Assembly (NCBI GenBank): GCA_965242865.1
Contig: CBDETK010000013.1
Span: forward strand, 3,584,001-3,648,000
From: Candidatus Latescibacterota bacterium
GTDB taxonomy: Bacteria; Latescibacterota; UBA2968; UBA8231
Reading direction: 5' to 3'
DNA length: 64,000 bases
Part shown: positions 49,275-59,810 of the stretch, in pieces
How positions within the stretch are numbered: position 1 is the first letter of the stretch
How the letters are laid out: each line of letters opens with the position of its first letter
Made by a program: the position numbers and the translations under genes
The notes under the pieces: model-generated
What the model was told of the DNA's origin: nothing
Databases searched by the model: none
What the model saw: the letters and a program-made list of their open reading frames with translations, nothing else

Positions 49275-49905
49275 CTACTGCGGCCTTCATGGTGCGCTCT
49301 AAGCAACTCGTCGAGGGCCTTAGAGGTATCTCAACTGGGCCATCTCTAGCTGATTGGCCATGAAGGTTTTGTGCAGGGGTTTAGTAACTAATGGTGCTAG
49401 TATGTTGACCGTGGTCAAAGTAGTTCCTACGCTGAGGGTATCTCACCTTTCAGCCAAGGAGCGTCCTGATGACCACGGCCGAGTTTATAATAGCCCTGTT
49501 TTACCGAATCGACAATCAGATGCTTGCCGTGCCCAAACACCCGCAAGCGTCCTTATATCCGAGTGAGGTAGTCACTTTAGGGGTGTTGTATGCGCTCAAA
49601 GGCGGGGGTAAACGGGCATTTTACCACGGGCTGGTGCGGGACTGGCAGGCTTGGTTCCCGCGCCTGCCGTCGCGCACCCGCTTGTTCCGCCTCTTCGCCG
49701 CTCATGCCGATTGGACCGACCGCTTCCGAGCGGAGCCGACGACATTGGGAGTGGTCGACAGCTATGGCATTGAGTTGCGCCATCCGGTGCGTCAAGGCCG
49801 GGCGCAGCACGCCATTGGGAAGAAAGGGCTATCCAATCACCGTTGGATCAAAACACTAGCACCATTAGTTAGTACAGTGGTCGAAGCGGTGGAACCCAGT
49901 AGCAA
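49275..49905 (-). pseudogene. Relic 3' end of a paralog of the PQQ-ankyrin gene, interrupted by an IS
   Basis: With the IS removed it reads FATGFHRFDHCTKPLHKTFMANQLEMA, versus LAGGFSRYDRGSTPLHKTVMADQLAMA in the intact gene. Confidence 0.7.
49387..49869 (+). mobile_element. Internally deleted IS (IS982/IS5-like DDE) with 15-bp TIRs and 5-bp TSD
   Basis: TIRs ACTAATGGTGCTAGT / ACTAGCACCATTAGT. TAGTA at 49382-86 and 49870-74. Transposase N-terminus starts at 49469. Confidence 0.85.
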
Positions 49906-50097
49906 AGAGGGCTCGACGTCCAAAACTTCGATGCAGCCGGCCGAGGACATCTGCGGCCAGAACAGGCCTTTGAGGGATCCCTTTGGCTTGGATCATTTGG
50001 GGAGACTTTATACGGTTTAAACAGGTTACTCACTTTGATGATCGATGTTTCCCTCTCCTTTCTGGAAGTGGAAAATTTGAAAAGCAAGTAGCGCGGC

Positions 50098-52287
50098 TCA
50101 AAAGTTTGACATATAGCTAATTTTCGTCAGCAACACGCGCTCCACGGCCTCGTCCTTGGCCCGGTGTTCGTTATACGCGATGTAGAACCGGCTGTCGTTG
50201 ACGCCGAACCTGTAGCTCAAAAGGAGATTGAGATCGAGGGTGTCCTCGTGGAAGCTGCGCTGAAAAAAGCTGCGGACGAACACGTCGCGCTGGAAGAAGT
50301 ACGTCGTCCGCAGCAACAGGACGCGCTTGACTTCGTCCAACTCCCCGGAAGGGAAATACTCCCACACGGATTCGGTGCTAGAATCAAAAAAGAACCCCTT
50401 CCCCAAGTTGAATCGCAGTACGCCCGCTACGCGACGTATGTTGCCCAAATACTCGTCTTGAAAATCATATTGGTCTCGTAGTTGGCCGAAGACCTGGATC
50501 CGGTATCTGCGCCCGTTGCCGGTGTCAAAGCTAGCTTCAAACGAGTCGCCCTTGTACGTGTTTCGCTGCCACCGCATTTGCCAGTTCTTGTGATTGAACC
50601 ACGCGGACGAGTCATCCCATCGCCGCACAGACAGATCGACGTTGGTCCACTGCCATTCCCAGCCCTCTTCGTTGGTCCGCTGCTCGGCGACAAGCTCTTG
50701 GCCCAAGTAGATTTTTTGGATGCCGAGAAAATCGGGACGGAAGCTGTAGCTGCCATCAATGCCGAACTCTCGCTCGCCGACATCGGCGTCGTGCGGGATA
50801 AAGCCGATTTGATCGACGTTGAACCCCGGGTCAATCCAAGACGCCCAAGCCCGGAAGGGCCAGCGGTCGGAATTTCGCGTCAGGCGGCCGGTGTGCATTT
50901 TGTTTTGCTCGCCGACGTCCGCGCCAAAGCTCATGGCCGAACCGAGGAAGAGCTTGGCGTTTTCAGTCAGGCTCAACACGAGGTCGCTGCCGATGGCCTG
51001 CTGCCCTAGACTGTCATCCCTGCCGACCGCCAACGCGCCGATAGAGGAGTTGACCCCGAGGTCGCGCTTGAGGCGCAAGACGCCAAAATGCGGCTTGGTG
51101 CCATCCTCTTGGCGGTTGCGCGCCGCGATCAGGCCGAGGCTGTTCTTGCCGATCTTACCCGTTATTTTGCTGCCGACATCTGGGTCGCTAATCCGGCGAC
51201 TGTAAAAGAGATCCATCGGCGTAAAGAGCGTTTGCCCTTCGAGGAAGAAGGGCCGCTTCTCTCTAAGGTAGAGTTCAAACCGCGTCAGGTTGATTTGGCT
51301 TTCGTCGGCTTCGATGTGGGCAAAGTCTGGGTTGAGGGTGGCGTCGAGGGTGAGGTTGGAGGCGATGCCGTACTTCAGGTCGAGTCCCAAGTCGCCGGTC
51401 CACCCTTCGGTGGGCTGATCGCGCCGCTTTTCGTAACGCCCGGTCACATAAGGCCGGGTCTCTAAATGCAGCCCCTGTTTGATGCGGCCAATGCCGTGGA
51501 GGTGGCCGGCCTTGGACACCGTTAAGAGGTAGCGGACGTCTCTGGAGATAAACGCCCAGTTGCTGTTCTCGGTCCCGGTCCGGGCGATGCGTTGGACGTT
51601 GAGCCCCCACGTGTGCTGTTCGGATTCGGGGAAGCGCAGGGTCTTGAACGGGATGGCGAGCTCGGCACTCCAGCCGCGGTCGTGAAGGTGGGTCTCGGCC
51701 TGCCAGACGCCGTCCCAGTTCTGGTCGATGCCGCCCCAGCCGCCCGCCCCGTCGTCTTGGACGCGAAAATCGTTTTGGATGCCATAAGCGTTTATGTAGA
51801 AGCCGTAGGCGTTTTGGTGATCGTGATAGGTGTCTAGCACGAGGCCGACTAAGTCCAGCGGCGCGAACCGGCCATCTCGCTCCACCATGCGTCCTTCTAT
51901 GTTACTGGGTTCCTCGTCTAGCATGTCGAGGCCGATGTACAGGTAATCGGCGTCGTATAAGACGCGGATGAAGGTTTGGTTGGTGGCGGCGACGCCCTCA
52001 TGGGGGTCGATCAAAATGAAGCCGGTCGAAGGGGTGGCGATCTTCCAGCATTCGTCGTTTAGGGCACCATCTACTTTCGGTGGGATGTGCGTCTTGAAGG
52101 CGTCCATCTCTTTGTCGCTCTCGTGAGCCGGTGCGGACGGTGCGACGACGAGCATGGCCCAAGAGAGTAGAACCGCGAGGATGCGCTTGGTTGCATAAGC
52201 TGGGTTCGCTGTCATACTGGCCCTAATGCCGGGTGGCAGCCCTGAGCCATCCGTGGTGCTAAGCAGACATCCACTGTTCACAACCAT
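50098..52287 (-). CDS. CBM9-like + DUF5916 outer membrane protein
   Basis: VDGALND, WSAELAIPFKTLRF, LNPDFAHIEAD, EKRPFFLEG, terminal Phe. Confidence 0.85.
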   Translation of the reverse strand: MVVNSGCLLSTTDGSGLPPGIRASMTANPAYATKRILAVLLSWAMLVVAPSAPAHESDKEMDAFKTHIPPKVDGALNDECWKIATPSTGFILIDPHEGVAATNQTFIRVLYDADYLYIGLDMLDEEPSNIEGRMVERDGRFAPLDLVGLVLDTYHDHQNAYGFYINAYGIQNDFRVQDDGAGGWGGIDQNWDGVWQAETHLHDRGWSAELAIPFKTLRFPESEQHTWGLNVQRIARTGTENSNWAFISRDVRYLLTVSKAGHLHGIGRIKQGLHLETRPYVTGRYEKRRDQPTEGWTGDLGLDLKYGIASNLTLDATLNPDFAHIEADESQINLTRFELYLREKRPFFLEGQTLFTPMDLFYSRRISDPDVGSKITGKIGKNSLGLIAARNRQEDGTKPHFGVLRLKRDLGVNSSIGALAVGRDDSLGQQAIGSDLVLSLTENAKLFLGSAMSFGADVGEQNKMHTGRLTRNSDRWPFRAWASWIDPGFNVDQIGFIPHDADVGEREFGIDGSYSFRPDFLGIQKIYLGQELVAEQRTNEEGWEWQWTNVDLSVRRWDDSSAWFNHKNWQMRWQRNTYKGDSFEASFDTGNGRRYRIQVFGQLRDQYDFQDEYLGNIRRVAGVLRFNLGKGFFFDSSTESVWEYFPSGELDEVKRVLLLRTTYFFQRDVFVRSFFQRSFHEDTLDLNLLLSYRFGVNDSRFYIAYNEHRAKDEAVERVLLTKISYMSNF

Positions 52288-52382
52288 TGTGTTTCTCCTC
52301 TTACCTTATTGTCCACCACTGGGAAACCCGTACGAGCCGCCCAGATCAAGACCCTTGTCTCCGTGTAGGTACCTTCCCCGTT

Positions 52383-54206
52383 CTATTTATATCTATCGGC
52401 CTGCATTTTGAACATTGAAGCGTACTTCCCATCCGCCGCCATGAGTTCCGCGTGACTGCCGTCTTCGGCAATACTCCCTTTGTCCAGAACGATAATGCGA
52501 TCGGCCATTTTGACGGTGGAAAGCCGGTGGGATATGAGCAATGTTATCTTGCCCTGCGTCAGTCCTTTGAACCGAAGATACATAGAATACTCTGCCTCGG
52601 CATCTAAGGCAGATGTAGGTTCATCGAGAATGAGTAAACCCGCATCGCTTCTGACGAAGGCTCTCGCCATCGCAACTTTCTGCCATTCTCCTTCAGATAG
52701 GTCAACGCCGCCAGCAAACTGTCTGCCTAATAGGGTGGAGTAGCCGTTAGCTAGCTTGGCAATAAGAGGGGTAGCCATACCCTTCTCGGCAGCTTCCTTT
52801 ATTAAGGCCAGATCGTCCACATTTTCTACTTTTCCGATTCCTATATTCTCGCGTACCGTCAGACTGAAACGCGAGAAGTCTTGAAAAATAGCTGAAATAT
52901 TGTTCCTCCAAGAATCGACTTCGTATTGTCTCAAATCAACTCCATTGATAAGGATACATCCGCTCGTCGGATCGTAGAAGCGACACAACAATTTGACAAT
53001 AGTGCTCTTTCCGGCTCCGTTGTCGCCTATCAAGGCGACAGTCTCGCCGGCGTTTATGGTGAAAGATACCCCTCCTAAAATTTCAGTCGCGCTTTCGGGA
53101 TAAGAGAAGTGGACATTCCTAAATTCAATAGTGGCCAGAGGTTTTTGGTGCTCGTGTGCTTCCAGTTCAGCCTTGGTCAATACAGGTTTGAGATTCAAAA
53201 ATTTCATAAAATCTCTATACTGAAAAGCCACCTCGGATAATTGGCCGCTCATCAAGGTGAACATCCAAAGAGTTTCCTGAACGGTTGTAACTGCTGAAAA
53301 ATAAAGCGCGATATCACCCGGTGTTATATCTCCTCTGGTGACGAGGTAGGTCACATAGACATACATACTAGCTAGCCCAATTCCACTCAACAAGGCAAAT
53401 TTTGACGTTAAGTGAGCGTGATCTATTTTTACAACCTTTACTGTTTTTAGGATTTTGTCGAACCCCGTGCTATATCGGTTTATGAAATACTTTCCGATAT
53501 TTAATGTCTTTATTTCTTTGATGGTCTTGGGATCGACCATTATCTGGAAGTAATAGTCGAGCTTACGAGATTCCGGCACATTGCTCCACATGACATCGTA
53601 CGATTTTTTATAATGGCGAAGCTGGACAATCAGGTGAGGGATAGAAACAATCACTAGTACCAAAGGTATAACCCAGTCTATTTTGAATAAGAGAAACAAA
53701 ATAAAAATCAGTGTGACGAAATTGCGAATTGAGGCTGAGATGAGCCAGAGCATAGTTTCAGGTAGAAACGTATGACGTTGCAGATATTGAAGGCGGTCGT
53801 AGAATTTAGGGGTTTCAAAGTAAAAAAGTCCGGGTAAAGAGGCTGAAGTCTCCATAATCATTTGATCGACTTTTCTTTGCAAACGATCGCACAGAGTTGT
53901 TCTAATCGCTTCACTTGCCGGGTTTATAATGAAATAGGCTACTTGAGAAAAAATAAAAATACCTCCCCAAAAAATGTGGCGATACGTAGCACCATCTTCC
54001 TGCGCTTGGTTGGTATCTATAATCGAGTACGAGATTTGATCGACGACGTACTTGACGACTAAAGCCGATAGCCCCGGTAGGATGCTTGCTAAAGTAAGCA
54101 AAAGAATAAACGCGATTGTCAGAAAGGCATCAGCTTTCCATGCTAAGTAAATAATACTACCACTAGCTCTTACCAGTTGTTTCGTTTGACTGATTAGCCG
54201 GTTCAT
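52383..54206 (-). CDS. ABC exporter (lasso cluster)
   Basis: GDNGAGKST, LSEGEWQK, LDEPTSALD. Confidence 0.9.
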   Translation of the reverse strand: MNRLISQTKQLVRASGSIIYLAWKADAFLTIAFILLLTLASILPGLSALVVKYVVDQISYSIIDTNQAQEDGATYRHIFWGGIFIFSQVAYFIINPASEAIRTTLCDRLQRKVDQMIMETSASLPGLFYFETPKFYDRLQYLQRHTFLPETMLWLISASIRNFVTLIFILFLLFKIDWVIPLVLVIVSIPHLIVQLRHYKKSYDVMWSNVPESRKLDYYFQIMVDPKTIKEIKTLNIGKYFINRYSTGFDKILKTVKVVKIDHAHLTSKFALLSGIGLASMYVYVTYLVTRGDITPGDIALYFSAVTTVQETLWMFTLMSGQLSEVAFQYRDFMKFLNLKPVLTKAELEAHEHQKPLATIEFRNVHFSYPESATEILGGVSFTINAGETVALIGDNGAGKSTIVKLLCRFYDPTSGCILINGVDLRQYEVDSWRNNISAIFQDFSRFSLTVRENIGIGKVENVDDLALIKEAAEKGMATPLIAKLANGYSTLLGRQFAGGVDLSEGEWQKVAMARAFVRSDAGLLILDEPTSALDAEAEYSMYLRFKGLTQGKITLLISHRLSTVKMADRIIVLDKGSIAEDGSHAELMAADGKYASMFKMQADRYK

Positions 54207-56044
54207 CTTTTATATTGCTTCGCTTGCATATTATACAATTCTGAGTAAACTCCTCGGAGATTGATCAGGGCACTATGGTTGCCTTCTTCTACGATACGGC
54301 CCCCTTCCAAGACTATGATTCTATCCACTACATGGGCTGTGGATAGCCGGTGGGATATGATCAGCGTGACCTTGTTCTTCGTTAAATCGCGAAAGTGGAG
54401 ATACGTTTCGTATTCGCTTTGCACATCTAGTGCTGCCGTGGGTTCATCCAGAATCAAAATCCGTGCATCTCTAAAAAAAGCACGGGCGATAGCCAGTTTT
54501 TGCCATTGGCCAATGGACAATTCAGTGCCTCCCTCAAACTGTTTTCCGAGGAGGGTGGCAAATTTATTTGGAAGTTTTTTAATAAAATCAGCTCCTGCTT
54601 GGTCTGCGGCCTCTTTTATCTTCTTCTTTTTTATAAGGCTTAGATTCCCCAACCCTATGTTTTCTTCGACCGTCAATTGATATCGGTTATAGTCTTGAAA
54701 AACAATTCCTATATTCTTTCGCAGTTCATCGAGGTCAAAGTGGCTGATTGGAATCCCATTGATCAGAATCTGTCCGCTGTGCGGATCGTACAAACGGACC
54801 AAGAGTTTGACAATAGTGGTCTTGCCAGCACCGTTTCTTCCCACTAGGGAAACTGATTCGTTGAAACTGATCGAAAAGGATACCTGATTTAATATCAGAC
54901 GGTCTGTTCTAGGGTATCTAAAACTCACCTCCTTAAAGTCAACGCGCTCGATAAAATCTGGGAAGGATCTCATTTTTTGATTGGAAATTATTTTAATAGC
55001 AGGTTTGGCTTGCAGAAGTGCAAAAAGATGAGAGAGCAACCTACCTCTTTGGAAAAGCATAGCAACGCCGAACATGCACTCGTTTGAATACATCCACAAC
55101 TGTATCGCTGCCGTTAGATAAGCGACTAAAGATCCGACAGTTAGCAATCCTTCCGTGGCTTGATGGACTAGATGGCTATAGACTGCATATAGGCCCACGC
55201 TACCAAATACGGTACACAAGGACAGCCAGAGAAACTCTCTGAAACGGACATTCCACAGAGTCGCCGTTATCTTCTTGAAAGTCTCATCGTACCGCAATAA
55301 AAAGAAACGGTACAGTCCCAGTAATTTTACATCCTTAGCGACTTCATACGAAAGCATCTGATTGCGGTAATAATCGAGCTTCCTCGCTTCAGGAGCCTGA
55401 TGTTGTATAGCAATGCCGGCCCTATTGGTGAAGACGTAATTCACTAAAGCATACGGTATTATTGTTAAAAGAAAAAAACCAGCAAAAATAAAATCGAGGG
55501 TGCTTAAAAACATGGCAATAAATACTATTTGCAATACATATTTACATGTATCAAAACCAAATATAACCACATCCGCAACGTTGGGCTGAATCCTTTGAAT
55601 TTGCCGTAATTGGTCGTGAAATTTCGGGTTTTCAAAATGCACCAGATCGGGCAACCCATCAACCGCATCCATCGTCAAGGTCGCGATATAACCTTTCATT
55701 TTATCCGCTAAAATACTTTGAAGGGCTAACGCTATAGGGGAAGTAATCGCGGTTAAGACAATGATGCACACCAATGCTATAAGATATAATAAAATGGAGT
55801 CGATGTCTCTATTTTCCATCTTGGATATTTTGATAGCATCATCGATCACAAATTTCATCAAATAAAGTTTCAAGGCCGGTAATATACTTTGTATGAGGGT
55901 CAGAGTGGCCATGCCAGACAATAAAGACAGTGGTGCCACCTGCCATATCATTACCGCAGTTTTACCTATCGCCGTACTAGCACTTTTTAACTCTTTGATA
56001 GAAGGCCACCAAGATTCGAGTTCTATTTTTTTATTTTTGTCCAT
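54203..56044 (-). CDS. ABC exporter (lasso cluster)
   Basis: GRNGAGKTT, LSIGQWQK. ATG overlaps the methyltransferase stop (TAATG). Confidence 0.9.
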   Translation of the reverse strand: MDKNKKIELESWWPSIKELKSASTAIGKTAVMIWQVAPLSLLSGMATLTLIQSILPALKLYLMKFVIDDAIKISKMENRDIDSILLYLIALVCIIVLTAITSPIALALQSILADKMKGYIATLTMDAVDGLPDLVHFENPKFHDQLRQIQRIQPNVADVVIFGFDTCKYVLQIVFIAMFLSTLDFIFAGFFLLTIIPYALVNYVFTNRAGIAIQHQAPEARKLDYYRNQMLSYEVAKDVKLLGLYRFFLLRYDETFKKITATLWNVRFREFLWLSLCTVFGSVGLYAVYSHLVHQATEGLLTVGSLVAYLTAAIQLWMYSNECMFGVAMLFQRGRLLSHLFALLQAKPAIKIISNQKMRSFPDFIERVDFKEVSFRYPRTDRLILNQVSFSISFNESVSLVGRNGAGKTTIVKLLVRLYDPHSGQILINGIPISHFDLDELRKNIGIVFQDYNRYQLTVEENIGLGNLSLIKKKKIKEAADQAGADFIKKLPNKFATLLGKQFEGGTELSIGQWQKLAIARAFFRDARILILDEPTAALDVQSEYETYLHFRDLTKNKVTLIISHRLSTAHVVDRIIVLEGGRIVEEGNHSALINLRGVYSELYNMQAKQYKR

Positions 56045-57003
56045 TACCTTGGAATCCATTGCCAAAGGGTCGAGTGGTTGAACTTAGTTATCTGCTTAGT
56101 CCCCAATTCAAATCCTTTGTAGAGAACTTCGACATCCCACTTCCAAATACAACCAGATGCTCCCGGACTAGCAATTAACCGGACGTCAACTCTGTCGTTT
56201 TCGTTGATGGGTAATGGCTTATAAATGGGTAAAAATATATTGTCCCAAGATGCCGTCTTTGAAGGAGGTGCATTAGTAATATATATGTCGTCAAATAGAC
56301 ACGCTCTAAACCATCCGCAAAGCCCTTGAAGTGTACCTTCTCTTTTTATTTTAAATGAAAATTTTGGACTTGCAAATCCAGATTTCTTTTTAGTATGGAA
56401 ATTGATCTGATGCACTGTTTGAGGTTCACTTAAGAAGTAAGACGGTTTTGCTCTAGTGCTATACACTTCATTCAGAGCCATTTCTCTTACACAAGAAAAA
56501 TCTATTCCGTACACATCTATACTCCATATATCTACTTCGCCATATAGTTGGTCATCTTCGACAGGTACGAGTATCATTTGTAAGCTAGTTGGTACTATCT
56601 TGCCGTTCTTCTTTAGAAATCTGTCACGGGCATCTGATATTGTCTCCACCACATTTTGGCCGAGCCCAAATTTTGAAATTAATTCAGAGATTATGACATC
56701 TGCCTTTTGTGGAATTTCGACATTTTGAGATTCGTCATTAATAAAAGTGATCTGTCTTGTGAAATTATTGCATTTAGCAATCTTTTCCGCCACTTTTACC
56801 ATTGCTGTCCTTTCAATCGCGTAAACTCGCTTTGCGCCAGCTTGGCACGCGAAGAAGGCCAATAATCCACTGCCCGTCCCAATATCGACAACAACGTCTC
56901 CTGGATTAACGCTACGCATTATTGCTTCTCTGTATAGCTGGTTGCGTAATGTATCTCCGACTAATAGTCGATGAAACGAGACACTGCTGAAATCTTCTGA
57001 CAT
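56044..57003 (-). CDS. PRMT-like SAM-dependent methyltransferase
   Basis: DTLRNQLYREAI, VVDIGTGSGLL, DVIISE, ARDRFLK, GLCGWF, TASW. Confidence 0.8.
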   Translation of the reverse strand: MSEDFSSVSFHRLLVGDTLRNQLYREAIMRSVNPGDVVVDIGTGSGLLAFFACQAGAKRVYAIERTAMVKVAEKIAKCNNFTRQITFINDESQNVEIPQKADVIISELISKFGLGQNVVETISDARDRFLKKNGKIVPTSLQMILVPVEDDQLYGEVDIWSIDVYGIDFSCVREMALNEVYSTRAKPSYFLSEPQTVHQINFHTKKKSGFASPKFSFKIKREGTLQGLCGWFRACLFDDIYITNAPPSKTASWDNIFLPIYKPLPINENDRVDVRLIASPGASGCIWKWDVEVLYKGFELGTKQITKFNHSTLWQWIPR

Positions 57004-57176
57004 TTTGTACCCTCGTTAATCTTAATCTCTTAAAAATAACAAATCTGCCTCAAATCAGGCTATGCTTCTACCTCGATAGGAGAGTTTTGGATAATATGCT
57101 CTTTTCCCGCGAAAACGGGAATCCAGCCGGTATCGTTTAGACGCAAAGGACAACCATCAGAGTTTTCAGACAGCTT

Positions 57177-57288
57177 TGCTCTGTTGAAAAGGCTTATTTA
57201 TTAGCTTGGTTCGCTCCATTATTCTATAATAACATCGTAGGAGCAAGCTATACAAGAAGCCTCCTTAACTCTGCTTTTCAACAGAGCA
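57177..57288. mobile_element. MITE with 15-bp TIRs and 9-bp TSD
   Basis: TGCTCTGTTGAAAAG / CTTTTCAACAGAGCA, flanked on both sides by AGACAGCTT. Confidence 0.8.
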
Positions 57289-57297
57289 AGACAGCTT

Positions 57298-57464
57298 CTA
57301 AGAAGCGTTCTTAAATAGGTATTCGGGGTCTCCGGGGTCTCAATCGGCTCAGGCTATTTAGGGCCGCGGCCATCTTCGCCCTATGAAAAACGCTGGACGC
57401 CAAGGCCGCTCGACAGCCTCGCCAAGCACCAAGCGTCCAACAGGGATTTTAAAAAGGCTTCTTA
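57298..57464. mobile_element. Second MITE-like element
   Basis: Imperfect IRs CTAAGAAGCGTTCTTAAA / TTTAAAAAGGCTTCTTAG with a GC-rich interior. Confidence 0.55.
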
Positions 57465-58517
57465 GTTTTCTATTTTTAAAACTTCCAATTTTCTAGTTCC
57501 GCTCATAGCGGCCGATTTAACGCCAGCATAAATCTCACCTTGGCTACCTTCTACTAAGCGGTATATTTCTCCATATTCTCTGTCTTTCTCCAGTTCGATC
57601 CAAACCTCTCTACATTTCCCATTCTCTCTCATCAACAGGAGTTTTACTCCACCTTTTCTCTGGAAATATGGAAGAGATATCAACATATCGCTGTCCCTTT
57701 GTAAAATCGATTGAGTAAAGCTTTTTCCAGCTTTAAGGTACTCGTCATCTATCTTACCATAAGTTACAACTCTATCTTCTCGAGTAAACAAGTGTATTGT
57801 ACCTGTAGCATCCCGGATAATGCGGCTTCCATCTTTCATAATTCCGACACACCTGCCCTCAGACTCTGTAGGCAAGCGGGCAACTTCGATTTCTTTTTTT
57901 TCTTCCAAAGTATAGATGGTCCCTTCTCTTCCCAACCATAAAATCTTACTATTTTGCCACCAGATGCTGTAAGGAGGCTTTGTACAGCCCCATACCTCAG
58001 CAACGCATTCTGATTCATTTGTACTGACATCAACTCGGTAGACTTGGTCATGTGGATATGCTATAGCGTAGAAGATAGGCTCTCTTGGCACCTTCGCCAG
58101 AGATCTAATCCCTTGTCTTTCTGCTACAAATCCCAATCTTCGGGGTTTCCACTCAGGGGATGAGCAGCTAAAAATGTACCCACCTTTATACTCATAACTA
58201 GGATCTTGGGTGATATTGGGCGTGGGACCATGGTGGGTAGCTCCGTATAAAATGCCATCTTCTCGCAGCAGAGACATATACACTTTAGAGTGAAATCTGG
58301 GTTCTGAAGCCAGATCTAGATCCGATGCGAGCATGACTCTCTTACTAATGTGGGATAGCGTATTGATTGCATACATCTGACAAGCCCGTTGTTTAAAACC
58401 CCACGTCGACAATGGAACAAAAAGAGTCTCATCAATGCATTCCATGTCCCAGATAACGGCTAACTGATTTTCTTTATCCACATACGAAGCGATTATATTT
58501 GCCTTCCAACGTTCCAT
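57462..58517 (-). CDS. Hypothetical protein, probable beta-propeller
   Basis: Beta-rich segments (GILYGATH, GIRSLA, GEIYAG). In the operon. Confidence 0.6.
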   Translation of the reverse strand: MERWKANIIASYVDKENQLAVIWDMECIDETLFVPLSTWGFKQRACQMYAINTLSHISKRVMLASDLDLASEPRFHSKVYMSLLREDGILYGATHHGPTPNITQDPSYEYKGGYIFSCSSPEWKPRRLGFVAERQGIRSLAKVPREPIFYAIAYPHDQVYRVDVSTNESECVAEVWGCTKPPYSIWWQNSKILWLGREGTIYTLEEKKEIEVARLPTESEGRCVGIMKDGSRIIRDATGTIHLFTREDRVVTYGKIDDEYLKAGKSFTQSILQRDSDMLISLPYFQRKGGVKLLLMRENGKCREVWIELEKDREYGEIYRLVEGSQGEIYAGVKSAAMSGTRKLEVLKIEN

Positions 58518-58526
58518 TTTTTCCTC

Positions 58527-59795
58527 TTAAGATGGGTGTAGGTCACGTGGGGACTTTATTTTTACTTTTTCTTTTTTCTCTTTAGCACTCGCTACTTTAG
58601 CGGCGATTATCTGACCGATCTCTCCATTTCTTATAACTACCCCGTTTGCCGTTAATAGATGCACTCCATTCAACCATCTGTTCGGATTGCACAGTCGGCC
58701 TGATATGTCTTGATGAGGTATTCTTATCTCTCTTTTCCCAGGTACAATCTGACCCTCGGAATTTACGTCCAATACTAATATATCATCTTTGCTGTCGCTC
58801 TCAGAAGTTCCAATTACTCTTATCAGGGCATCCAAGCTATCGCCTTGGAAAAGAGCATTCATCTTTCTAAAAAAATAGCCCATCGGGACCTGTAACTGAT
58901 GTTCGAATATTCTTTCTGCTATAATTTCTATACCTTCTTCGCTACTCACTACCTGATCTAACAGGATGTTGAGATTAGCGAAACGCCCCAGTTCCAAGTC
59001 GCTACCTATGATAGAAGCCGTCAAGCTCTGCATGAACACGGCTGCTTCATTCGCCAAGAGGAGGAAAGAATCGATAAGGTCTGGAACCCGGAGAGGTAAG
59101 CCCAATAAATCTGTTGTTATGGCGCGGTCATTCGCGCTTTTCCAAAGACCCATGGGTTGGGGGCCATTATCTTTATACGGCCTAATCGTCATTAGTGGTC
59201 TCGAGCCATCAGTCGAAAGAGACTGCGCCATTCGCTGAATAAAAGGATAAAGTCTATCAATAACTGGATCGGCTAAATCACTATATGGATCGTCGAAACT
59301 TTTAAATAGGTTCAAGCGCGGTAAAGAGAAAAGCTTGTATTCTGTGGCTAGTATATCTTTAACCTCGTCTACTGCTTTTTCGTTGACTAAGATTTCTACC
59401 GAACGGGAGCGCCCAAAGGAATCCTCGCCATAAATCCTTCGTCCCAACCCCATAGTCGGCCATATGGTAAAATCAACTCCTCGTTTCAGCAACATGCTGC
59501 CAAACTGGCGTAGCAGCGCGAGTTGATATCTCTCCAGATTGGCCAGTTCCGCACGAAAAAACAGACACTCTGGATCTATCGGATTCAAAGTTTCCTCCGG
59601 GGGCCGCATAGTGTACTGGAACCGGTATCTCAGCATATGGGGCAACACACGCTGTTGCAGCAGCACAGATAGTAGCGGCCTATTTTCGCTCTGGAGTATA
59701 TCGGGCGGTTTGAGGGAGTCTATATAAGCCAGATCGAATTTGGGTTTAGCCAATTCAACCATTATCTCCCATACATCTTCTTTCAATTCTTCCAT
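58527..59795 (-). CDS. Divergent nucleotidyltransferase-family protein
   Basis: IYGEDSFGRSRSVEILV resembles the R..D.D.LV motif. Lasso-cluster context. Confidence 0.5.
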   Translation of the reverse strand: MEELKEDVWEIMVELAKPKFDLAYIDSLKPPDILQSENRPLLSVLLQQRVLPHMLRYRFQYTMRPPEETLNPIDPECLFFRAELANLERYQLALLRQFGSMLLKRGVDFTIWPTMGLGRRIYGEDSFGRSRSVEILVNEKAVDEVKDILATEYKLFSLPRLNLFKSFDDPYSDLADPVIDRLYPFIQRMAQSLSTDGSRPLMTIRPYKDNGPQPMGLWKSANDRAITTDLLGLPLRVPDLIDSFLLLANEAAVFMQSLTASIIGSDLELGRFANLNILLDQVVSSEEGIEIIAERIFEHQLQVPMGYFFRKMNALFQGDSLDALIRVIGTSESDSKDDILVLDVNSEGQIVPGKREIRIPHQDISGRLCNPNRWLNGVHLLTANGVVIRNGEIGQIIAAKVASAKEKKEKVKIKSPRDLHPS

Positions 59796-59810
59796 TTCCA
59801 GTCACTTCTA

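Noticed and set aside
49870-50020. C-terminus of the 183-aa transposase ORF
   Set aside because: It lies beyond the right TIR and is read-through into flanking DNA.
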